Shown here: positions 1 through 7,176 of the stretch, piece after piece
Layout: every line of letters begins with the position of its first letter
How positions within the stretch are numbered: position 1 is the first letter of the stretch
Source: Candidatus Rokuibacteriota bacterium
GTDB lineage: Bacteria > Methylomirabilota > Methylomirabilia > Rokubacteriales > CSP1-6
Assembly (NCBI GenBank): GCA_005887895.1
Contig: VBPC01000173.1
Span: 3,006 to 67,005, forward strand
DNA length: 64,000 nt
Direction: 5' to 3'
The notes under the pieces: generated by a model
The model's database searches: none
What the model was told of the DNA's origin: nothing
The model's input: the letters and a program-made list of their open reading frames with translations, nothing else
Made by a program: the position numbers and the translations under genes

Positions 1-593
1 TCGACGAGCTCGATCAGCTCGGCCTTGGCCTCGTCGACGCCGGCCACGTCGTTGAACGTGGTCTTGAGCTCCTTGCGGTCGTAGATCTTGTGCTTGCTGC
101 GCCCGAAGGAGAGCGCCTGGGTGGGCCCACCGCCGACCCGCCGCATCAGGAACATCCAGATGCCGACCATGATCCCGAGCGGGATGACCCACCCGAACAG
201 GAGGTCCTTCCAGAACGTCGTCTCGATGCGGCCGGCGAACTCGACGTGGTGCTGCTCGAGCTCGGCGACGATCCGCTGCTCGTCCACGCCGGGAATGCGC
301 GTCACCGAGAAGACGCGGACCTCCTCCTCGGAGCCCAGAAGCTGCCGGAGGCGGTCGCCCGGCATGGCCGGGGGCGGCGGCAATGCGCCGGGCTTGGCCA
401 CGCCACGGATCTCCTTCTCGGTGAGGGCGACGCGCTCGATCTTGTCGGCGCGCAGCAGGTCGAGGAACTTCGACATCGGCAGCTCGATGGTCCGCGGGGC
501 CAGCAGCCAGCTCTGGAGGAGCGACAGCAGGACGACCACGACCAGGGCATAGGCGAGCGAGAACTGGATGCGCTGGCTGAGGCGAGGCTTCAT
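1..593 (-). CDS. ftsH: ATP-dependent zinc metalloprotease FtsH, N-terminal fragment (gene runs off the window edge)
   Basis: Minus-strand translation from the ATG (plus-strand 'cat' at 591-593) reads MKPRLSQRIQFSLAYALVVVVLLSLLQSW (TM helix)...FWKDLLFGWVIPLGIMVGIWMFLMRR (TM2)...KELKTTFNDVAGVDEAKAELIELV. This is the canonical FtsH N-terminus and the start of its AAA module. It is absent from the ORF track because it is open at the window edge. Confidence 0.75.
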   Translation of the reverse strand, partial: MKPRLSQRIQFSLAYALVVVVLLSLLQSWLLAPRTIELPMSKFLDLLRADKIERVALTEKEIRGVAKPGALPPPPAMPGDRLRQLLGSEEEVRVFSVTRIPGVDEQRIVAELEQHHVEFAGRIETTFWKDLLFGWVIPLGIMVGIWMFLMRRVGGGPTQALSFGRSKHKIYDRKELKTTFNDVAGVDEAKAELIELV

Positions 594-634
594 CGAGGGC
601 CCCTCTGCTCGATGCTAGCGTCAGGGTCCGAGTG

Positions 635-689
635 TGTCAAACGTACGGGCCTCTTTCCGCTTGACACATCGAGGCGTTGGCCCTAAAAC
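635..689. promoter_or_regulatory. Candidate divergent sigma70-like promoters between ftsH and the cydA-like gene
   Basis: The plus strand carries TTGACA (661-666), a 17-nt spacer and TAAAAC (684-689), about 95 nt upstream of the ATG at 784. The minus strand carries TTGACA (635-640 on the plus-strand scale), a 17-nt spacer and TAGCAT, facing ftsH. This is a pattern match only. Confidence 0.2.
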
Positions 690-783
690 TTGCCCGGAAC
701 GCTCATGTGATTTCGCGAACAAGCTCGTCTGCGGTGAGGGAAGTCGCACGCTCGCGGGAAGTTCGCAGTCAGAGGCCGAATCG

Positions 784-2574
784 ATGAGCATCGTGACCGC
801 CGCGCGCCGGAGCGCGTACGCGGGTGTCCTGCTGGCCGCCGTCCTGACGCTCGTTTTCCTCGCCCTCCCGGCCGAGGCCCAGCAGGCCGCCGCCAGGGAG
901 CCCGCCTACCGGGCGTTCCCCCTGCTCGGCTCACGGCTGGCCGTGTGGGCCGTCGCGCAGCTGCACCTCAACTTCGCCGCGTTCATCCTCGGCGTGCCGA
1001 TCTTCGCGGTGATCATCGAGATCATCGGCTGGCGCACGCGTGACGCCCGCTACGACTGGCTGTCGCATGAGTTCGTGAAGCTGACGTTCGCGGCGTTCTC
1101 CACGACGGCGCTGCTCGGCGCGTTCCTGCTCTTCCTCTTCGTCGGCTACTACCCGAAGTTCTGGACCTACATGTCCTCTATCTTCTTCCCGACGTACTGG
1201 GTCTACGCCCTGCTGTTCTTCGCCGAGACGTTCACCGTCTACCTCTGGTACTACGGCTGGGACTGGCTGTCGGGCTCCCGCAAGTGGATCCACGTCAGCC
1301 TGGGCGTGCTGTCGAACCTCTTCGGCACCGCCATCCTCGTGGTCGCCAACTCGTGGGTCACCTTCATGATGTCGCCCTCGGGCATCGACGACTCGGGCGC
1401 GCTCAAGGGCGGCGTGTGGGCGGCCATCCACAACCCCACCTGGATCCCGATCAACATCCACCGGCTGATCGCCAACATCGTGTTCGGGGGCACCATCGCG
1501 GGGGCGTACGCGGCATTCCGCTTCCTTTCCGCCAAGACGGACGAAGAGCGGGCGCGGTACGACTGGATGGGCTACATCGGCAATTTCGTCGCGCTGTCGG
1601 CCTTCATCGTGCTGCCGTTCGCCGGCTACTACCTGGGCCGGGAGATCTACGCGTTCAACCAGACGATGGGCATCACGATGATGGGCGGCTTCATGTCGTG
1701 GCTGTGGATCATCCAGGCCATTCTCATCGGCATCCTCTTCCTCGGCTCGAACTACTACCTCTGGCTCGGCATGGAGCGCATCCCGGGCGCCGAGCGCTAT
1801 CGCAAGTACGTCCCGCCGATGCTCATCATCCTCACCGTCGGGTTCATGGTGTGGGCGACGCCGCGCTCGATGGTCGTCACCCTGGACGAGGCGCGGGCCA
1901 TGGGCGGCACCCACCATCCACTCCTCGGCTTCTTCGGCGTGATGTCGGCCAAGAACACGGTCGTGAACCTCATGATCCTCACGACGTTCCTCTCCTACAT
2001 CCTCTACCGCCGCGCGAACCGGATCTCGACGCGGTCGTGGGTGCGCACCGGGATGGCGATCCAGTGGGCGGCCTTCGCTGTGGCCGCCGTCGTCGTGGTC
2101 TTCTACGGCGTCTACGGCTACTTCGTGGAGTCGATCGTGCGCATCGGCTTCTCGGTCTACCAGGTGGTGGCGGTGCTGGCCGCCATCGTGGTGGTCATGG
2201 CCATCGACGTGCCGCTGTTCAAGGGCGCGCGCTCGACCGGCACCATCCGCTGGGGCACCATCGCGCCCCACTCGCAGTACGTGCTCATTCTCCTGGCCGT
2301 CACCTTCACGTGGCTGATGGGCCTCATGGGCTTCGCGCGCTCCGGCATCCGGCAGCACTGGCACGTGTACGGCGTCCTGCGGGACACCTCGGTGGACGCG
2401 GCGACGCCCGCCCTCGGGTACGCGGCCAACGTGATCACGTCGGTGACGCTCGTGTTCTTCGCGCTCGTCATGTTCATCTTCTGGATCGGCGGCCTGGGCG
2501 AGAAGGGCAAGGAGACGGCGCACGGGCACGCGCCGGCCCCGGTGCTGGCCGGCGGCAGCGACCAGGACGTCTAG
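784..2574 (+). CDS. Cytochrome bd-type quinol oxidase subunit I (CydA) family homologue with an extra N-terminal signal/TM segment; no cydB follows
   Basis: The start at the ATG at 784 (MSIVTAARRSAYAGVLLAAVLTLVFLALPAEA) is inferred. The segment AQLHLNFAAFILGVPIF...GYYPKFWTYM...FFAETFTVYLWYYGWDWLSGSRKWIHVSLGVLSNLFGTAILVVANSWVTFMMSP aligns by eye with CydA TM1-TM4. The putative haem-ligand His in TM1, a Glu in the FFAETF motif and the His in INIHRLIANIVFGG are conserved. Confidence 0.7.
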   Translation: MSIVTAARRSAYAGVLLAAVLTLVFLALPAEAQQAAAREPAYRAFPLLGSRLAVWAVAQLHLNFAAFILGVPIFAVIIEIIGWRTRDARYDWLSHEFVKLTFAAFSTTALLGAFLLFLFVGYYPKFWTYMSSIFFPTYWVYALLFFAETFTVYLWYYGWDWLSGSRKWIHVSLGVLSNLFGTAILVVANSWVTFMMSPSGIDDSGALKGGVWAAIHNPTWIPINIHRLIANIVFGGTIAGAYAAFRFLSAKTDEERARYDWMGYIGNFVALSAFIVLPFAGYYLGREIYAFNQTMGITMMGGFMSWLWIIQAILIGILFLGSNYYLWLGMERIPGAERYRKYVPPMLIILTVGFMVWATPRSMVVTLDEARAMGGTHHPLLGFFGVMSAKNTVVNLMILTTFLSYILYRRANRISTRSWVRTGMAIQWAAFAVAAVVVVFYGVYGYFVESIVRIGFSVYQVVAVLAAIVVVMAIDVPLFKGARSTGTIRWGTIAPHSQYVLILLAVTFTWLMGLMGFARSGIRQHWHVYGVLRDTSVDAATPALGYAANVITSVTLVFFALVMFIFWIGGLGEKGKETAHGHAPAPVLAGGSDQDV

Positions 2575-2575
2575 G

Positions 2576-3373
2576 ATGCACGTGCCCGTCGGCGTGAAGG
2601 TCGGCCTCTTCGCCGTCGCCGTGATGGGCAGCTACTCCTACTTCGCCAACTCGATCCCGCAGATCGAGTCCAAGCCGCCGCAAGAGCTGTCGCTGGAAGG
2701 CGGCAACGTCACGCCGGCCCAGCTCGTGAAAGCCGGCGAGGAGATCTTCCACACCAAGGGCACCTGCGAGATCTGCCACCGCATCGGCCAGCCGGGCACG
2801 CGGGCGCCCGACCTGGCCGGCGCCGGCGGGCGCGCCGCCAAGCGGAAGCCCGGCATGAGCGCCAAGGCCTACCTCATCGAGTCGCTGCTGCAGCCGCAGG
2901 CCTACGTCGTCGAGGGCTACCCGCCGATCATGCCGGCCGTGGACAAGCCGCCGATCGCGCTCAATCGCTCCGAAGTGTGGGCGCTGACCGCGTTCCTCGA
3001 GTCGCTCGGCGGCACCGTCGACGTGACGCTGAACGACATCCCGGCCAGCGTCGGCGCGGCGGCGGCCGGCGGCGGGGCGGCGGAGTTCAAGATTCCGGGC
3101 GATCCTCAGGCCGGCGCCCAGGTGTTCCAGGGCAAGGGCACCTGCATCGCGTGCCACAAGGCGGGCAAGATCGGCGCCTCGCCGGTCGGTCCCGACCTCT
3201 CGCAGATCGCCAAGATCCAGACGCCCGACTACATCATGGGGAAGATCCTGAATCCGGCCGGCATGGGCACAGTGGCCGGCTTTCCCAAGGGTGTCATGCC
3301 CCAGGACTTCGGCACGCGGCTGACCTCGAAGGAGTACGTCGATCTCGTCTCCTTCCTGCTCACCCTGAAATGA
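2576..3373 (+). CDS. Dihaem c-type cytochrome
   Basis: There are two CxxCH motifs (CEICH, CIACH), each followed by a distal Met-containing segment, and an N-terminal hydrophobic anchor. The gene begins 1 nt after the upstream stop. Confidence 0.8.
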   Translation: MHVPVGVKVGLFAVAVMGSYSYFANSIPQIESKPPQELSLEGGNVTPAQLVKAGEEIFHTKGTCEICHRIGQPGTRAPDLAGAGGRAAKRKPGMSAKAYLIESLLQPQAYVVEGYPPIMPAVDKPPIALNRSEVWALTAFLESLGGTVDVTLNDIPASVGAAAAGGGAAEFKIPGDPQAGAQVFQGKGTCIACHKAGKIGASPVGPDLSQIAKIQTPDYIMGKILNPAGMGTVAGFPKGVMPQDFGTRLTSKEYVDLVSFLLTLK

Positions 3374-3377
3374 GCCG

Positions 3378-4142
3378 ATGAGATTCCTCCGCTCGCGCTT
3401 CCTGCAGGCCGTCGCGATCTTCGTGCTGGCGTTCGTCGTCCTGCGCTTCGGGATCCGGCCGCCGGCGCCGTGGAGCGTCCTGTCGCTCTACATGTTCATC
3501 ATCACGCTGGCGCTCCTCATCTTCGTCTCATCCGATCGCGACTCGTGGCGCGACTTCGTGCGGCCGATCTGGCTGACGCTGACCGACCCGCGCTACCGCG
3601 GGCTGCGTTCGGTCATCGTCGTGCTGGTGCCGCTGCTGTTCGGCTACTACGCCTACACCCAGGCGGCGGCCAAGCCCCAGGGGCCGCCCGAGCTGCGCGC
3701 GGTGCACCCGGCGCCGCCCGCCTCGATCCAGTTCCGCGGCAAGGAGATCAACATCTCCGGTGTGGAGAACCCGCTGCGCAAGGACGCGGCGGCGTTCGGC
3801 AAGCACGTGGCGGCCGGCCACGACACCTACATCCGCAATTGCGTCTACTGCCACGGCGACAACCTCGACGGCAAGGGCCACTTCGCCTACGGCTTCAACC
3901 CGCCGCCGGCGAACTTCCAGGATCCCGGCACCATCGCGATGCTGCAGGAGGCCTACCTCTTCTGGCGAATCGCCAAGGGCGGCCCGGGGCTGCCGAAGGA
4001 ATCGACGCCGTGGAACTCGGTGATGCCGGCCTGGGAGGAGCGTCTCACGGAGGAGCAGATCTGGCAGGTGATCATGTTCCTGTACGATTTCACCGGCCAG
4101 CAGCCGCGCCGTTGGGAAGCGGGAGAGCATGCCTCCCACTAG
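3378..4142 (+). CDS. Membrane-anchored mono-haem class I cytochrome c
   Basis: Two N-terminal TM helices are followed by a single CVYCH haem-binding motif and a downstream Met region (NSVMPAW). Confidence 0.75.
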   Translation: MRFLRSRFLQAVAIFVLAFVVLRFGIRPPAPWSVLSLYMFIITLALLIFVSSDRDSWRDFVRPIWLTLTDPRYRGLRSVIVVLVPLLFGYYAYTQAAAKPQGPPELRAVHPAPPASIQFRGKEINISGVENPLRKDAAAFGKHVAAGHDTYIRNCVYCHGDNLDGKGHFAYGFNPPPANFQDPGTIAMLQEAYLFWRIAKGGPGLPKESTPWNSVMPAWEERLTEEQIWQVIMFLYDFTGQQPRRWEAGEHASH

Positions 4143-4158
4143 GTGGCGGGCGCCGATA

Positions 4159-5733
4159 ATGGCCCATCTGCGTCGTTGCCTTCTCGCTCCTCCCTGCGGC
4201 GTGGCCGGGCCACGCCGCAGTCGTCGCTCGTCGGCGCCTAGCATCTGGACCATTCTCGGCGCCCTACCTCGACCCGGGCTGGCACAGCTGATTTTCTGCG
4301 CGAGTGTTGCGGCCTCGCTGGCGCTCGCCGCGGACGTCGGTAATGCGTTCGCGCAAGCTGGGGATGCGAATGCGGGGAAGGCGGTTTACGAGAAGAAGTG
4401 TGCGGGGTGTCATGGTCAGAACGGCGACGGGAAGGGGCCGGCGGCGGAGCTGCTGGTGCCGGCGCCGCGGGATTTCACGCGGGGGTTGTACAAGATCCGG
4501 ACGACGGCGAGCAAGGCGCCGTCGGACCGGGACCTGTTCAAGATCATCACGGACGGCATGCCCGGGACCTCGATGCCGTCGTGGGCGGTTCTCCCGGACA
4601 AGGACCGCTGGAATCTCGTGGCATACCTGAAGACCCTGGCGCCGGAGGCGTTCAAGGAGGCGCCCAAGAAGCTCGAGCTGCCGAAGGAGGTCGCCTCCTC
4701 GGAGGCGTCGATCAAGCGCGGCAAGGAGATGTTCGAGGCGATCGAGTGCCACAAGTGCCACGGCACCGACGGGCGCGCCGATGGGCCGTCGCGGCCTGAG
4801 CTCAAGGACGAGTGGGGCCATCCGATCGCGCCGGCCAACCTCACCAAGCGCTGGACCTTCCGGGGCGGGCCGGGACGGACCGAGATCGCCACCCGGCTGG
4901 CCGCCGGCGTCCTCGGCACGCCGATGCCGACCTTCATCGACAGCGTCGAGAAGCCGGAGGACATCTGGCACCTCGCGAACTATCTCGCCTCGCTGGGCCC
5001 CGAGCGCCCGAGCTACGCCACCCTGATCACGGTCACCGCCGTCCGCGGCGACATCCCCGACGATCCCAACGCCGAGTTCTGGAAGAAGCTGACGCCGAGC
5101 GCCATCCCGCTGATGGGCCAAATCATCCAGGATCCGCGTAACTTCAATCCGTCGGTGGATCTCGTCGCCGTCCGAGCTGCCTACAACGAGCGGGACGTCG
5201 TGTTCCACCTGACGTGGGACGACCCCAGCGAGTCGAAGGGCGACGGCAAGCAGACGTTCGCCGACGCGATCTCGCTCCAGTTCCCGCCGCAGATCACCGC
5301 GTCGATCGAGCGGCCCTATTTCCTGATGGGCGACGCCAACGAAGGCGTGTACCTGTTGCGCTGGGAGCAAGGCAAGGGCGTCGGCGAGGCGACCGCCAAC
5401 GGGCCGACGAAGATCGCACCGATCGCGGGCGGCGAGGCGGGCGGCAAGGCGGTGTACGACCACGGCCAGTACCGGCTGGTGATGCGGCGCCCGCTGGCCG
5501 CCACCGGCGAGGCGCGGCCGACGTTCCGGCCGGTCGTGTTCACGCCGGTGGCGATCCAGGCCTGGGACGGCGGCGCCGGGGAGACCGGCACCAGGATGTC
5601 GCTGACGTCATGGTACTATCTGCGGCTGGAGGAACCGCAGTCGAACCGACGCTTCGTCATTCCTCCCGTCGTGGCAATCCTCACACTGGCAGCCATGGTC
5701 CTCGTCGTGCGCGCGGCGAATCGCGTCCGATGA
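4159..5733 (+). CDS. Dihaem cytochrome c fused to an EB_dh-like (DMSO-reductase gamma / ethylbenzene dehydrogenase gamma type) haem-b domain, with a C-terminal TM anchor
   Basis: The N-terminal half carries CAGCH and CHKCH. The C-terminal half (HLTWDDPSESKGDGKQTFADAISLQFPP...YFLMGDANEGVYLLRW...) resembles the Met/Lys-ligated haem-b EB_dh fold. A C-terminal hydrophobic helix (VIPPVVAILTLAAMVLVV) follows. The start is uncertain: ATG 4129, ATG 4159 or GTG 4201 are all possible. Confidence 0.6.
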   Translation: MAHLRRCLLAPPCGVAGPRRSRRSSAPSIWTILGALPRPGLAQLIFCASVAASLALAADVGNAFAQAGDANAGKAVYEKKCAGCHGQNGDGKGPAAELLVPAPRDFTRGLYKIRTTASKAPSDRDLFKIITDGMPGTSMPSWAVLPDKDRWNLVAYLKTLAPEAFKEAPKKLELPKEVASSEASIKRGKEMFEAIECHKCHGTDGRADGPSRPELKDEWGHPIAPANLTKRWTFRGGPGRTEIATRLAAGVLGTPMPTFIDSVEKPEDIWHLANYLASLGPERPSYATLITVTAVRGDIPDDPNAEFWKKLTPSAIPLMGQIIQDPRNFNPSVDLVAVRAAYNERDVVFHLTWDDPSESKGDGKQTFADAISLQFPPQITASIERPYFLMGDANEGVYLLRWEQGKGVGEATANGPTKIAPIAGGEAGGKAVYDHGQYRLVMRRPLAATGEARPTFRPVVFTPVAIQAWDGGAGETGTRMSLTSWYYLRLEEPQSNRRFVIPPVVAILTLAAMVLVVRAANRVR

Positions 5734-5789
5734 GGTCACCGATGGTCGATCACATGCTCAACTCACGCACAGCAGGAGGGGTACCGGTC

Positions 5790-6479
5790 ATGCGGAAGGT
5801 AGCGACGGCAGGCAGCGTGGCCGCGCTCGTCATCGGCGCGGCGATGTGGTGGGCAGCCTCGGTGGACGCGCAGGGCGGCGGCACCATCGAGGCTGACGTG
5901 AAGTACAACGGCGCGCCCAAGGTCGAGAAGCTCAAGGTCAACAAGGACACCGAGAAGTGCGGCACCGAGACGACGATCGAGCACGTGGTGGTGGGCTCCA
6001 ACAAGGGCCTCGCCAACGCGGTGGTCTCGGTTCCCGACGCCAAGGGGGCCACCAAGGCCAAGGGCGCGATCGACCAGCACGGCTGCCGGTTCGTGCCCCA
6101 CGTGGTCGTGATGCAGCCCGGCGAGATCGAGATCAAGAACTCCGACGACATCCTGCACAACATCCACACGTACTCGACGGCCAACCCGTCCATCAACAAG
6201 GCCCAGCCGAAGTTCAAGAAGGTGATGACGGAGAAGCTCGAGAAGCCGGAGTTCGTGAAAGTCACCTGCGACGTGCACAGCTGGATGCTCGGCTGGGTGG
6301 CGGTGGTGCCGGGCCTGGCCGCCGCGACCGACAACAACGGCGTCGCCAAGATCGAGAACGTGCCGGCCGGCAAGCACAAGGTCGAGGTGTGGCACGAGAC
6401 GCTGGGCAAGCAGGAGAAGGACGTCGACGTCAAGGCCGGGCAGGTGACCAAGGTCAGCTTCGAGCTGAAGGGCAAGTGA
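5790..6479 (+). CDS. Periplasmic cupredoxin-like (type-1 copper) protein with a C-terminal beta-sandwich domain
   Basis: An AGGAGG ribosome-binding site lies 7 nt upstream of the ATG, and a signal peptide follows. The putative Cu ligands are His in KNSDDILHNIH and Cys/His/Met in CDVHSWM (C-x2-H-x2-M). The C-terminus is CarboxypepD_reg-like (GVAKIENVPAGKHKVEVWHE). It is a paralogue of the gene at 13177-13926. Confidence 0.6.
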   Translation: MRKVATAGSVAALVIGAAMWWAASVDAQGGGTIEADVKYNGAPKVEKLKVNKDTEKCGTETTIEHVVVGSNKGLANAVVSVPDAKGATKAKGAIDQHGCRFVPHVVVMQPGEIEIKNSDDILHNIHTYSTANPSINKAQPKFKKVMTEKLEKPEFVKVTCDVHSWMLGWVAVVPGLAAATDNNGVAKIENVPAGKHKVEVWHETLGKQEKDVDVKAGQVTKVSFELKGK

Positions 6480-6512
6480 GCCGGGCCGGCGGCCGGAGAC
6501 GGGGGAACGCGC

Positions 6513-7176
6513 ATGCTTGACTGGTGGCTGCCTGAAAACGTCTCGACCTACGGGCGGGACATCGACTGGTTGTTCCACCTCATCTACTACATCACCGGGA
6601 TCACCGCGATCCTCGTGTTCGGGGCCATGATCATCTTCCTGGTGATGTACCGCGACCGTCCCGGTCGCCGGGCCCGCTACACCCACGGCAACACCACGCT
6701 GGAGATCGTCTGGACGATCGTGCCGGCGCTGATCCTCGTGATCCTGACGCTGCTGAGCGTCCCGGCGTGGTCGAAGATCAAGATGACCATGCCGGAGACG
6801 GACTTCATCGTGCAAGTGACCGCGAAGCAGTTCAACTGGCAAATCACCTATCCCGGCCCCGACGGCAAGTTCGGCACCGACGACGACAAGACGCTGCTCG
6901 ACGAGATGCACGTGGCAGGACGCGGTGCCGGGCCGCCAGATCGTGCAGTGGTTCGAGGCGACCAAGCCCGGCAAGTACGAGCTGCCGTGCGCCGAGCTGT
7001 GCGGCTTCGGCCACTCCGGCATGCGCGGCTGGATCTACGTGCACACGCCCGACGAGTACGCGAAGTGGGCGGCGGAGAACCTGACGGCCCAGGCGGCCGG
7101 CGGCGAGCAGAAGCAGGCGGACGAGGCCAAGCCGGCGGCGCCCGCCGCCAAGACGGGAGGAAAGGCCAAGCGATGA
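6513..7176 (+). pseudogene. coxB: Cytochrome c oxidase subunit II (CoxB) disrupted by an internal deletion of about 27 codons plus a frameshift
   Basis: Frame 0 (6513 to about 6911) encodes the two TM helices and ...VQVTAKQFNWQITYPGP...DDDKTLLDEMHV. The conserved continuation (PVG..V....TS.DViHsF.vP...vK) is absent. Frame +2 resumes at about 6917 with QDAVPGRQIVQWFEATKPGKYELPCAELCGFGHSGMRGWIYVHTPDEY, which contains the CuA ligands, and runs to the stop at 7176. Confidence 0.7.
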
